Shown: positions 12,945 to 26,009, numbered from the whole stretch's first letter. The stretch: 63,949 bases of DNA, filler included, from Octopus bimaculoides (GCF_001194135.2; 9 parts of 9 records of this genome joined end to end with filler, not necessarily neighbours in it), one strand, 5' to 3'. Made by a program: numbers and translations. Notes: a model not told the origin generated them from the sequence alone.

Positions 12945-13445
12945 TCCTTCTGTTAGTACTTTTTAATACTGGCAATCTTTTTCTTACTTCTTTATTCATT
13001 ACTTCCTGCAACTCATCTAAAATCTGATCTTCCTCACTTAAATCACTAAGTTGGTGGTGCCAGTTGTCCCTTCCTTATTAGTAGTGCTATTATTATTTCT
13101 TCCTTTGGGTTCTTCTTTGGTTTTTACTGTATCTCTTACTGTGTCTCTTGTGCTTTTGTTTGTCTTTCCTACTGCTTGGTCTTTCTTTTCCAGTTCTCTT
13201 GTGATTTCTTCCACCTTCAATTCTGTCATCCACTTTCTTCTCCTAATAGCATTAACTTGATTTACTAGTCTCTGTTCAGTTGTTTTCTATAATCCCTTCT
13301 TTTAGGTTCCCTTTCTAAGTAGTGCTGCATGACTATCCTTCACTGGTCCACTTCCTCCTCTTTACTCTATTTTCTGCTGATACTGCCTTAGGATAACAAC
13401 TGTGGTCAGTCTGCATCTTTACTGAACCACTGCTGATCCAACCTC
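12945..13445 (-). mobile_element. 5' part of an RLE-type (R4/Dong-like) LINE ORF
   Basis: Frameshifted RRKWTSE...EP.RR...EQRLVNQVNAIRRRKWMTELKVEEI matches the N-terminal motif of these elements; its 5' end abuts a (TAA)n tract. Confidence 0.7.
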
Positions 13446-13477
13446 ATTATTATTATTATTATTATTATTATCATTAT

Positions 13478-13690
13478 TGCTAGCAGAATTGTTAGCACAC
13501 TGGACGAAATGCTTAGCAGTATTTCACCCATCACTATGTTCTGATTTCAAATTCCGACGAGGTTGACTTTGCCTTTCATCCTTTTGAGGTCAATAAAATA
13601 AGTACCAGTTGAGCATTGGGGTCAATGTAATCGTCTCACCCCCCCACCTCCTCCAAGCTGCCCTTGTGGCAAAAATTTGAAATAATGATT
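13478..13690 (+). mobile_element. SINE family B (tRNA-derived)
   Basis: gcagaattgttagcac head, gttctgatttcaaattcc B box, gactttgcctttcatcc body; flanked by (TTA)n. Confidence 0.85.
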
Positions 13691-13739
13691 ATTATCATCA
13701 TTATTATTAAGACAGTAAGTTGACAAAATCATTAGTATG

Positions 13740-14335
13740 AAGTGCTAGGGTATACTCACAAGTAACACAAATGAGGGTGTGGGGAGCAACGATACAGTGA
13801 GCAGGACTGTGAAGGCAAGAAAGGGGATTGGAAAACAATCGTGATTTATGAAGAAGAAATGTGAGCAAGAGAAAGATGCAGTTAGAAGAGAAGTTGTAGT
13901 TTGATTTCTTAGGGTAGAGTGGGTGGGACATAACTCTTCTAGCACTCAGTTTCATGGATTGATCTTCTCTAGAACCTCATATCTCCAAACATCTCAGTCT
14001 GCTGTCATTTCCTCTGTGAGCCCCAACATCTTAAGATCAGTCCTTACCACTTCATCCCATGTCTTCCTGGGTCTCCCTCTTCCACAGGTACCATCCACTT
14101 TCAGTGACAGGCACTTCTGTATACAGCTGTCTTCAATCATACACATCACATGTCCAAACCAACACATTCTTCTCTCCTGAATATCACATTTAATCCCTTT
14201 TATGCCTAACTTTTCTCTCAACACAGTTGTGCTCTGTTGGTCATGCACACTGATGTTGCAAATCCAATGGAGCATACTATCTTCATTCCTCTCCATGTCT
14301 AACTACCATGTAACACAGCCATTCTCACACAAGCA
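13740..14335 (-). mobile_element. RTE-clade LINE 3' end
   Basis: LHWICN...LREKLGIKGI..IQERRMCWFGHV...GRGRPRKTWDEVV is the RTE ORF C-terminus; followed by a pyrimidine-rich 3'UTR. Confidence 0.9.
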
Positions 14336-16039
14336 TCATACAATATATATACATATATGTTATATATATATAGTTCTTCCAGATTGTTATATTCTCTCTG
14401 CAAATGATGAATATAGAGGTTAAACTTATATTTACCTGTTACTAAATTTTCTTTATTGTGTGAGCACCAGAATCATAAAACTACTATCTATGTATGTATA
14501 TGCATGTGTATATGTGTCTGTGTCAGTGGTGTGCAGTCGTAGCATGCTAGTCATGCACTGCATGTCAGTTGATTTTTATATAACTCAAAAATAAATTTAA
14601 GAATGTAATGTATTTATAACCACATTGAAAAGTTGTCCAAATCATTGGAAACTGAGTTAAAATAGTTACTTTGTTTCAAAGGAAACCCATCCAGATTGAT
14701 ACTTTGCTGTGTTCCCATTTTGCTTCCACTAGGCATGCTTAAAGCAAAACACATATGAAATCTTTTGTCCCCCTTTCCTATCTTTCAATAACTATCATTT
14801 CAATGCCTGTAAGATTCTTTTTTATCTCAATAAAATAACTATCGAAGGCATGCTTTGAGAAAAATGCATGTTACATACAGCTTTGGCTTCCCCTCCCTTT
14901 CTATGAGTTCTTCTTTGTCAGCAATTCTTTGTAATTAATGTTGCTTACACCACAGGCTAAACGGCTGAATGGGTTTGACTTTTTGACCCATAAAAATTCT
15001 GACCAAAATATATCAACAATCCCATAATCCTTAGTCAAATTATTATCATTAACCCATCCTCTGTATTGAGCAAATTTTCAAAAATTCTGAGATCAGAAAT
15101 ATAATATAGCTAATTAATCTTCCGTTGATTTACAAAAATTATCTTTCCATTTTGTTGAAACAGATTTACAATTTACGCACACTCACACATCCACTTTTAC
15201 TTTCACAAGATCTCTTCAGGATTTTCAAAATATTTGTTCAAATAACTGAAACATACACACATAAATATAAATGCACACATTGAAAGATGTGTATGTGTGT
15301 GTATGTTTATGTATAAGTTATTTTGTATAAATAATTTTCTTTTACATTATTTCAAATTTTCTTTCATCATTAGGTAAGTGTAATTTACATTTCTTCATTT
15401 TCTTGCATGTTGCAATATTTCACATCTTTGCTGCTCCCAACAAATGAAAAGAGACACTAGGCTTTTGCTTAGTACTTTTAGGGCTTTTTACAAAGTTGAA
15501 TTTTTGCTGTCTTTCATTGTGTGTGAGTTTATGTATAATGCATGTATGTTCAATATGCGTGCATGTGTGTGCATGAGACATAGTCTTCAGATGTATGGAG
15601 TACACTCCTTGAATAGTGAGTGTCAATATTTTCCCGAAATTGGCAAGTAGCCTGATAAAGCAGTTGATTTGTCTTTGACAGCATAACAATCTAAAACCTT
15701 GGCCATATTATGCAACTAAATGTGTTCTCTTAGTTAAATAATTTCAAAATGATTTGGCTCAACGAATAAGTATTTATTGCATGACCAACCTCAGAGGTCA
15801 CAGTACACCACTGGTCTGTGTACATGTTTGTGATTGTGTGAGCGAATTTATATTTCTTTTCATAACTATGTCTTAACTGTTTGTTGTTTAATAGACAGAT
15901 TTTTGTCTTAGATGGAAACAGGTGGGGGTTGGCATCAGGAAAGGCATCCAGCAAGAGAAAACTCTTCCCCAACTTACTTTCTTCTGATTCATGTGTAAAA
16001 GTAGACATTAAAACAATAATGATAATAATGATCATCATG

Positions 16040-16078
<39 letters not shown>

Positions 16079-16084
16079 TCTTTA

Positions 16085-16501
16085 CTCTTTTACTCTTTTA
16101 CTTGTTTCAGTCATTTTACTGTGGCCATGCTGGAGCACCGCCTTTAGTCGAGCAAATCGACCCCAGGACTTATTCTTTGTAAGCCTAGTACTTATTCTAT
16201 CGGTCGCTTTTGCCGAACCGATAAGTTACAGGGACGTAAACACACTAGCATCGGTTGTCAAGCAATGTTGGGGGAACAAACACAGACACACAAACACACA
16301 CACATATACATATATATATATATATATATACATATATACGATGGGCTTCTTTCAGTTTCCGTCTACCAAATCCACTCACAAGGCTTTGGTTGGCCAGAGG
16401 GTATAATAGGAGACACTTGCCCAAAGTGTCATGCAGTGGGACTGAACCTAGAACCATGTGGTTGGTAAGCAAGCTACTTACCACACAGCCACTCCTGCGC
16501 C
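16085..16501 (-). mobile_element. SINE family A, full length
   Basis: Reverse complement of the family A head, body, internal (TA)n/(CA)n and tail. Confidence 0.92.
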
Positions 16502-16529
16502 TATGTATATGTATGTATGTATGTATGTA

Positions 16530-16577
<48 letters not shown>

Positions 16578-16889
16578 TACAAACACAATATTCTGTAAAA
16601 ATCAATGTAATTTATGCACTATTTTCACAAAAACAAAAATAAACTTAAGTGTGTGCGTAAATTACATGAGTAGATGATTTCCAGAATTTTTTTGTTGAAA
16701 AATAACGTACAAATGTAAACATTTAATGTCAGAATAGGTTTTTACAGAAAAAATATAATGAAGTTGACTTTTATTTATGCTGGACGGTATAATGCTTACT
16801 TTTTCTGTATAAATTTACTAAAACCATTAAATGGTTAACTACTTTTTGAAATTTGATGTTCATGCTGGTAATCACGGTCTGGACCATAG

Positions 16890-17060
16890 TTTACATTGCT
16901 TGGAGTTTCCACCTATCACAATGGAACCCAGTAATTTCTTTAAATAGATCAGTTTTTCTCCGTTTAAGAAGTCTAGCCTCCAGGAAGCTATTGCTTGCTT
17001 TCTCTGCATAAGGACAATAAAATTCATCACTGCTGACATCATAATTTATCCTTGCACATG
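16890..17060 (-). pseudogene. Possible decayed TTF-type zinc finger of a hAT-like transposase
   Basis: INYDVSSDEFYCPY..K.SNSF.E....R..DL..EITGFH loosely follows the WL.YD....FC..C....N.F..G..F....L..H..S..H pattern; flanking frames are full of stops. Confidence 0.25.
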
Positions 17061-17489
17061 TAAACTCACTGAGTGAACATGACTTAGCATTTCTACAGAA
17101 ACTTTCGTTTACCTTATACAATGTTTAATGTTGTTTCATATTCATGTTGAATTATGTAGCAATCTTAGGTTCTTTTCATAGAACACTTGTAATGTATGTA
17201 TTACCAGTTCTTTTGGTATAGTAGATTTTTGCTATTCTTGTTTGTCTCCTCACAGGCATGTATATTCTAACAAGTTACTTCTTAAATTTTGCACCTCACT
17301 TGTTCAATAAATGCTGAGTTAAACTTATAAAGCTGTTTATTTTCTCCTTTCGATTTTTAATGTTTATTTTACTGGGTTACCAAACTCAGTTTGGTCTCCC
17401 GGCTAAAACAGTAATGACAAATTTTTAGGTTTGTCTGACATTTTATAAGTGTAAAAGGGATTAAAATTTCAATACTCCGTATCAATATG

Positions 17490-17528
<39 letters not shown>

Positions 17529-17529
<1 letters not shown>

Positions 17530-18668
17530 TAGCAGTAATACCTGTCGTTGATAGGGTAATTACTTTTACTCGTTCTCAGGATCTACATTCAAAGTATTAT
17601 TATAAATATAATTTACTCCTCCTGTATGAGTGTATTTTATAAGAGAAAAACATGTAATAAAGTAGAATAAAGATCAATTTCATACATGAACTTCTGTTTG
17701 TTTATTATATGACAGTAATAAGTGAGTTGTATGTGATAGTAATGGCAAATTAAATTATTGAAGTATTCATGCTGCATTATGAATGAATATTTCTTTATAA
17801 ACAATGTATTTTGTTTTAGTTCGAGGTGCATAAGCAAAAAAATTTGCTCCCACACATGATTCTCCTACATGAAGTTGGCCATGTGAAAAGCATGGTTCTT
17901 CAAATTGCAATCCAGCAACTTTAAGTGTTTGTCTTTGACTTTTATTAATGCTCATGATGAAAGAAACTCGGAGAGGAAACTGTAACTGCTTAAATTGGAA
18001 TGGGACATTAGATGGTATAAGTAGTAGGTGAGGAATGAAGATGGTCTCACATTTATCACAACCAGTGAAAATATTTGCCTCAATGCAGTTCCTCATAAGT
18101 TTGTGCACAATTAGTCTTATACCATTGCATAATTTTGGTTGAGATGATTTATGCAATAGGAAAATAGGAGTCCCTTTTTTCAGCTGAAGACAATGAGGAG
18201 CTGTACTTGGTGGTTCTAGTGAGTTCAAAAATTTGATGGGTTGGTTAACACCATCCTGATCACCAACAACACTGCCAATTGAGTTATAAGTGAATACTTC
18301 ACTCAGAAGTTCATTCAATTATATTATTAATGCTATTTACATAATGGATATTATTAATGCTATTTACAACAACATTTTTTTGGAGCCAGGAAAGCTTGCT
18401 CACAGATCCAATCTGTATTGTTGTAATAATGAAGAAGATTCGGAAAGATTTCAGCCACTAAATCATCGATAGAATCAGTTGAATTACATATTGGATTGAG
18501 AGCAAGAAACTGTTCTTCATCAATTACAACTCTTCCTTCACTGAGTTTCAAAAGCTGCTCTGCAAATAGTTCACTTGATTGATCTCTTGAAAGCCTCGAT
18601 CTCATATTTGTTAAAAGTTGAAGTGTTTTCACAATGTTGATCAGGTAGAAGCTTGGGAGGATTATCAT
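17529..18668 (-). mobile_element. Helitron 3' part with decayed Pif1-family helicase
   Basis: LLTNMR, LAPK, FLNSLEPP..PH.LQLKKGTPI.LL, LCNG.RL, QFPLRVSF.MSINKSQ.QTL, FSHGQL motifs across two frames. The 3' end is a degenerate hairpin (17541-17555) plus CTAG (17529-17532) in front of T. Confidence 0.93.
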
Positions 18669-18671
18669 TTA

Positions 18672-19000
18672 CTAGCAGTATAGCCCGGCTTTGCCCGGGA
18701 TTAAGTTGGGATTATTAAGCTAATCAAGTTCTTTATTTCAAACCGAACTAAGTAACATGACGTCAAATTTGGGCAGAATCAGTGTTGCAACTGGAGCGCA
18801 TGGGCTGGGAGTTTGATTGGCAGAGGTGATCAGGTTACACATGCCATCCTTTTGAAAACACCACCGCCATCATCTAACCCCTCTTTGCTCATGGGTTAGG
18901 AACCCTTCCAGCAAGGAAAATAGAATGACCAAAAGGGCTCCCGATTCTCTGTGTCAGAAGCGGTTCTGTTCAGATCACAATGAAGTCTTAAGTATATATA
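18672..19000 (-). mobile_element. Short non-autonomous Helitron-like element
   Basis: Canonical 3' end: hairpin cccgg-gcaaag-ccggg (18684-18699) then ctatactgCTAG (to 18672) and T. No coding sequence; the 5' boundary is approximate. Confidence 0.7.
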
Positions 19001-19004
19001 TATA

Positions 19005-19102
19005 TCATCATCATCATCATCATCATCATCGTTTAACGTCCGCTTTCCATGCTAGCATGGGTTGGACGATTTGACTGAGGACTGGTGAAACCGGATGGCA
19101 AC
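19005..19102 (-). mobile_element. RTE-type 3' terminus with (GAT)n tail
   Basis: Reverse complement reads ccaacccatgctagcatggaaagcggacgttaaacgatgatgatg; runs into a gap. A related degenerate end lies at 15920-16030 (+). Confidence 0.65.
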
Positions 19103-19827
19103 NNNNNNNNNNNNNNNNNNNNNNNNNNNNNNNNNNNNNNNNNNNNTTAATTAATTAANNNNNNNNNNNNNNNNNNNNNNNNNNNNNNNNNNNNNNNNNN
19201 NNTTTTAAATATCTTTTATGAATAAAACACTCAATATTAACAATTAGACTCTCTCATTAGCTAGCTAGGGATAACATAGCTCTGTCCACACCATAAACAC
19301 ACACACACACACACACACACACATAAAGTATAAGGTTTTAGAATATAGTTTCAAATTATTAATTTACACGTGTTTCAGTGACAATCACTGAAAGACTACG
19401 TAAGGTTAGCCTTACGCAACATTTTATCACTCTTCAGCTTATCAGAAGTTGTTATGAGAAATAATATAATGAAGAAAAGTGATGTCTCAGGCAAACCGAA
19501 ATTACTCTGTCAGTGTTTTTGATTGCACAAATTCTTACTCCTTTAATCAGAATGTCTTTGGTTGTCAGGCTGTCAAGCTATCGGGACATTGTCGATAGTT
19601 TGAAGATCAAAAGTTTCTACAATGTAGTGTCAGCTTGATTGGTCAGTGTGAAGGCGGCGCGTCATTATGGTGATCATTCGACGTACTAACATGCCGAGAG
19701 CTTGAAATAAATAAATTTTTAGAATAGGAAGATATTTGCAGTAATTAGAGTAATTAGAGAATAGGAAGATATTTGCAGTAATTACAAAATTTGGAAAGAA
19801 ATAGAAGTCATTTCGTTCGCTTCGTAG

Positions 19828-19854
19828 CTGAATCGCATTACGTTCCACGCATAC
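19828..19854 (+). CDS. Candidate 27-nt exon
   Basis: Acceptor tttcgttcgcttcgtag, donor TAC|GTATGT; frame-preserving; open as LNRITFHAY or (A)ESHYVPRI. Confidence 0.25.
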
Positions 19855-21493
19855 GTATGTAGGTCACCACTGCATCCATTATAGCTGTCGTCACTACAAC
19901 CGCCAACACTAAACACTATCAACATCAGCATTATCATAGTCATCAGCATTATCATTACCAGCATTTTTTTTGCCCGTATTCTTTTTTTTTTTTTTTGCAG
20001 TTTGTTCTCACGTGCAACCACCACACTTTTGCTCTTCTATTTTTTTTTTACCCTCCACCTTACAACTACCTCCAAGACTACCACCACTATCACCAGTACC
20101 ACTACTATCGACATTGCTACCACAACTGACACAACCACCTCTACCCGCACCACTCCTGTGGGCTTGTTCCTTTCTTTCTGTCTTTGTTTTAAAACTTTAA
20201 TACAAAAACACATTTTTTTCTGCCGTTCATGCATCAAGCTTTTTTTTTTTCTGTGAGACCGTAGGACATTTTAAACTTTCAGAGATTNNNNNNNNNNNNN
20301 NNNNNNNNNNNNNNNNNNNNNNNNNNNNNNNNNNNNNNNNNNNNNNNNNNNNNNNNNNNNNNNNNNNNNNNNNNNNNNNNNNNNNNNNNNNNNNNNNNNN
20401 NNNNNNNNNNNNNNNNNNNNNNNNNNNNNNNNNNNNNNNNNNNNNNNNNNNNNNNNNNNNNNNNNNNNNNNNNNNNNNNNNNNNNNNNNNNNNNNNNNNN
20501 NNNNNNNNNNNNNNNNNNNNNNNNNNNNNNNNNNNNNNNNNNNNNNNNNNNNNNNNNNNNNNNNNNNNNNNNNNNNNNNNNNNNNNNNNNNNNNNNNNNN
20601 NNNNNNNNNNNNNNNNNNNNNNNNNNNNNNNNNNNNNNNNNNNNNNNNNNNNNNNNNNNNNNNNNNNNNNNNNNNNNNNNNNNNNNNNNNNNNNNNNNNN
20701 NNNNNNNNNNNNNNNNNNNNNNNNNNNNNNNNNNNNNNNNNNNNNNNNNNNNNNNNNNNNNNNNNNNNNNNNNNNNNNNNNNNNNNNNNNNNNNNNNNNN
20801 NNNNNNNNNNNNNNNNNNNNNNNNNNNNNNNNNNNNNNNNNNNNNNNNNNNNNNNNNNNNNNNNNNNNNNNNNNNNNNNNNNNNNNNNNNNNNNNNNNNN
20901 NNNNNNNNNNNNNNNNNNNNNNNNNNNNNNNNNNNNNNNNNNNNNNNNNNNNNNNNNNNNNNNNNNNNNNNNNNNNNNNNNNNNNNNNNNNNNNNNNNNN
21001 NNNNNNNNNNNNNNNNNNNNNNNNNNNNNNNNNNNNNNNNNNNNNNNNNNNNNNNNNNNNNNNNNNNNNNNNNNNNNNNNNNNNNNNNNNNNNNNNNNNN
21101 NNNNNNNNNNNNNNNNNNNNNNTATATATATATATATATTAATGTACGTTCATGTATTTATATTTAATTAGATATAAGCTGATTGGTTTTATTTTGATTA
21201 ATTTTGTTTTTAATCAATTAAAACTTCCATCCGTTTCATCAATAGTAACTGACGTTCGATTTATAACTATACGAAAAGTTCACACCAGATATAAGAATAG
21301 CAAAAACAACAACGACAACAACAACCACTACAACTACACAGAATGTTTTGGATTTTTTACATACATACATACATACGTACATACATACGTACATACATAC
21401 GTACATACATACGTATTCAATATGACTGACTCCGCCAATATCTCATTTTGATCAAATCAATTCCTATAAAACCTCAACTGGAAGTGAGTTTTG

Positions 21494-21545
<52 letters not shown>

Positions 21546-21863
21546 TATATCTGAATCGAACCTGATCTATATCGATGAAATGGATGTTATATAAATGATT
21601 ATAATATCATAAATAAATGCATTAAAAAAGTATAAAGGAAAGCTAATTAGCTGTTACCTTAATTATATGTAATGTAATAACGTATGTAAACATCGTCAAG
21701 ATGCGAATGTATATTTATATATATTTGATATCTACATATTTATAAATTAAAATAATGATTAAATGATATAATTTTTATTCATATATTATAACGAAATTTC
21801 TGAATTAGTTAAACTGAATTTGTTCAGTAGTTCATAAATCTTTGTCTATTATGATTATTATTA

Positions 21864-21906
<43 letters not shown>

Positions 21907-21943
21907 CATTATTATTATTATTATTGTTGTTGTTATTATTATT

Positions 21944-22140
21944 AAGGCGGTGAGCTGGCAGAATCGTTAGAGCGTCAACCTAAATTCCTTGCAGCATTTG
22001 TTATACCCCTTTTACGAACACAGTTCCGATCCCATCGACTTTGCTTTTGGACCCATTCGGGGGTCGATAAAATAATTTCCAGTCAAGTACTGGAGTCGAT
22101 GTAATCGCCCAAATCTTTCCTTGCACCCGTAATATGAAAA

Positions 22141-22220
<80 letters not shown>

Positions 22221-22246
22221 GGCGGTGAGCTGGCAGAATCGTTAGN
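21944..22246 (+). mobile_element. SINE family B, one copy plus the head of a second, each preceded by long (TTA)n
   Basis: ttattattaaggcggtgagctggcagaatcgttag occurs twice (21944, 22218). Confidence 0.85.
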
Positions 22247-23035
22247 NNNNNNNNNNNNNNNNNNNNNNNNNNNNNNNNNNNNNNNNNNNNNNNNNNNNNN
22301 NNNNNNNNNNNNNNNNNNNNNNNNNNNNNNNNNNNNNNNNNNNNNNNNNNNNNNNNNNNNNNNNNNNNNNNNNNNNNNNNNNNNNNNNNNNNNNNNNNNN
22401 NNNNNNNNNNNNNNNNNNNNNNNNNNNNNNNNNNNNNNNNNNNNNNNNNNNNNNNNNNNNNNNNNNNNNNNNNNNNNNNNNNNNNNNNNNNNNNNNNNNN
22501 NNNNNNNNNNNNNNNNNNNNNNNNNNNNNNNNNNNNNNNNNNNNNNNNNNNNNNNNNNNNNNNNNNNNNNNNNNNNNNNNNNNNNNNNNNNNNNNNNNNN
22601 NNNNNNNNNNNNNNNNNNNNNNNNNNNNNNNNNNNNNNNNNNNNNNNNNNNNNNNNNNNNNNNNNNNNNNNNNNNNNNNNNNNNNNNNNNNNNNNNNNNN
22701 NNNNNNNNNNNNNNNNNNNNNNNNNNNNNNNNNNNNNNNNNNNNNNNNNNNNNNNNNNNNNNNNNNNNNNNNNNNNNNNNNNNNNNNNNNNNNNNNNNNN
22801 NNNNNNNNNNNNNNNNNNNNNNNNNNNNNNNNNNNNNNNNNNNNNNNNNNNNNNNNNNNNNNNNNNNNNNNNNNNNNNNNNNNNNNNNNNNNNNNNNNNN
22901 NNNNNNNNNNNNNNNNNNNNNNNNNNNNNNNNNNNNNNNNNNNNNNNNNNNNNNNNNNNNNNNNNNNNNNNNNNNNNNNNNNNNNNNNNNNNNNNNNNNN
23001 NNNNNNNNNNNNNNNNNNNNNNNNNNNNNNNNNNN

Positions 23036-23078
<43 letters not shown>

Positions 23079-23189
23079 AAGTAAATGATGATGATGATGA
23101 TGACGATGACAACAATGGTGTTTAATTAAAATCCTAATTGTTATTACACAAATCGGTAGAGCGACGGAGGAGAATCCCAGGGTGATGTT

Positions 23190-23880
23190 TCAGCTTGTAT
23201 GCTGAATTCCCTTTGTGTGTTCTGGGCTCAATTCCCGACAAGGTCAACTTTGCCTTTCATTCTTCCAAGGTCGATAAAATAAAGTACCAGTCATGTACTG
23301 AGGATCGATATGATCGATTACACTCCACCACTCTCGCCCCACCAAAAAAGAAAAAAAAAAGAAAAAATATGTTGGCATTGTGGCTCTGTAAGATGATGAC
23401 GATGAGGATGATTATGATGATAATGACGACGACGACGACGACAATGATGATGATGATGATGTTTACAAATGACTTTTTAATTTTTATTTTATTTTAATAA
23501 TATATTTCATTGTTGTTTTCAATTCTCTGTGATTTCAAGTGGATTGTTATACGATAAAATACCAGTCAAATACTGGTGTCGATGTAATCGACTAACCTCC
23601 ACCCCAGCCCCGAATTTTCTAGCCTTTTGCCCAAATTTTGGAACTGCATGGCCTGGTTGTTAAGATGTTGCGGGTAAGGGGGTGGTTTCGATTCCCTGAC
23701 CAAGCTGCTGTGCGTTGTGTTTTCGGGTAAAAAAAAAAAACTTCTTCTTATGTTGTTCCAGTGCACTTAGCTGTGAATGAGTCACCCTGCAATATACTGG
23801 CATTCCGTTCACCTGTGAGGATGTCACTTACACTTGCCATGGAAGCAGGGTAAGCGATCCTATGAGTTCTAGGACTTATG
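23190..23880 (+). mobile_element. Cluster of degenerate SINEs (two family B fragments and one family C copy)
   Basis: ggtcaactttgcctttcat...gataaaataaagtaccag (B) at 23230 and 23550; gcatggcctggttgttaag...ggtttcgattcc...cgttgtgtt (C) from 23645. Confidence 0.65.
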
Positions 23881-24530
23881 GCAGTGTTTACTTAACAATA
23901 ATAATCTTTTACATATTAAAGATTAAAAAAACCGAAAATTAGATTAGTTGAGCTGCGTGATTAGAATTCCTTTATGGCATCGTGGCCCAACATATCTTCA
24001 ATTCCCCTCCGAGGCCACCTTCATACAACCACCAACTGTCTACCACCACAAAATAAATATATGCTTCACGCCAGAGCATATACGTGCAGGTGACAGATTT
24101 AACCCGTTTAACCAATCAATGGTAGTAATTAAATATTTTGTTAATGAAACGCATAGCTGGCTTTTTTTACTTCTGTTGCCAATCAGCATTATAAGCCATT
24201 TGTAATCGCACTGAAATAATCGCTCATACTAGATCCCTTCTTTCGTTACCAAATTTCATTAAACTTGAACTCGCCACCTTTTTATATCGTCCCACAAATT
24301 GTGTTAAATGAACCACTTCTCACTTGAAATCTCGTTGCAGTCATTTGTAAACAACATGTTGCTATTGGCAACGTCTGTTTTCTTGTGAATTTTTTTCTTT
24401 TATTATTGCTGTTAATGTTATTGTTGCTATTGTTGCTAATGTCGCTAATGTTGCTATTGCTGCTATACTGTGTTTCAGTGAGAGGGAGATTGAACAACAA
24501 CGTCTACAAACGAGAACTTGCTTCAGCCAC

Positions 24531-24568
<38 letters not shown>

Positions 24569-25093
24569 CTTTTTATTGCTTATTATTGCTTTGTCGTTGT
24601 AACCATTGTAACTTGTCCACATATATGTATTTAAAATGATTTTCAGTGTATTCCTATACATGTACAACATATGTAAATCTGTACAGAGATGGGTGCGTAA
24701 ATGAAAGAAAGTTGCACTCAACATATGTTGTTGAATTCAAATATTTGTATAAATAGTTTGACATAGATTTGCATTGCTAAAAGCATCATGGACAAAAAAA
24801 AACGTATCGTTCGGATGCTTTAATACTGAATGATGAGGCGGTCATAGTTTCTAAATAAGAATGGCTAACATTGGACGATTAGATCAATAATTCGGCGATT
24901 GCAGATGAGGGTCACATTATAGAAAAGCAGAGACCTCTTAGGACACAATTTTTTGGCAATAGTAAGTGCATCCCTGAAGTAAAGCCTACGTAAGCAGATG
25001 CCATTCTTACTGTAGGATGCAATGTTGAAGTGATATTGTTTAGATAAGAGTCACTAGTCATAACGTGATACTCATTGTAAACTAGTTATTATC

Positions 25094-25138
<45 letters not shown>

Positions 25139-25496
25139 TACTGCCTAATGCCTAATTTAAAATAAAAGGTTTCATAAATTTAATTTTCTGAAGCTTTTAA
25201 TTTTAACAAAATTCATAACGAAACCAGGACCACTCCAATCTGATCTGCCAGAGTTGTCACCCATTCAACAGCTGTCTGTCAGTCGCTATAACACTTGGAA
25301 AGGGCCGAATTACCGATTATACCGTATGTCCCTTACTGGCCAGTGAGAACGATCCTCACTTGTCATCTAATGAGAGTTGGTCTTCTTTAGAAGTCATGAC
25401 TGCCTAACCACTCAGTTGTAAAGCGTCCGAACGATCACACAAATGATGCGCCAGTAAAACTTTTAGTAATGCAAATCTGAGTCTGACCGTTTATAT

Positions 25497-25550
<54 letters not shown>

Positions 25551-25794
25551 GTATGTTTGTGCATTTTTACATAATGGAATAATGTAATGTACTCAAAGTT
25601 GCTGGCTGCTCTTGTTTCAGAACATGAACGATTCTAATAATTCTTTCATTTGCTCCACATCGGGATTTCTACCTTTACCCGCACATTCCCGACCCATTCT
25701 TTCATTTTACTTTATTTTATTTATGTATTTATTTACGGTTTACACTCTTGAAAGAATTTAATGTGCGTCGGTAGAAACCAGGCCTGCTCCTCAC

Positions 25795-25854
25795 CTGAAT
25801 CCTTACAGCAACCTTAAACAACTCTTGCACTCTTCCGCCGATTGACTTAAACAT
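25795..25854 (-). CDS. Candidate coding start exon MFKSIGGRVQELFKVAVRIQ, phase 0
   Basis: aacaATG start context, strong donor CAG|GTGAGG at 25795/25794, and an upstream acceptor tttatttgcgtcacag about 40 nt before the ATG. Confidence 0.3.
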
Positions 25855-26009
25855 TGTTGTACAAACGGCGACCGTTTTTGTAAGTCACTTTTGATGCTGT
25901 GACGCAAATAAACATTCATGATATTTTTAACGAAAGCGCCGTGGCCAATGTTTAAAAAGGGGGAACCTTCTTGTATTTGCTTGGAGGATATTATGAATAA
26001 TACAACAAA

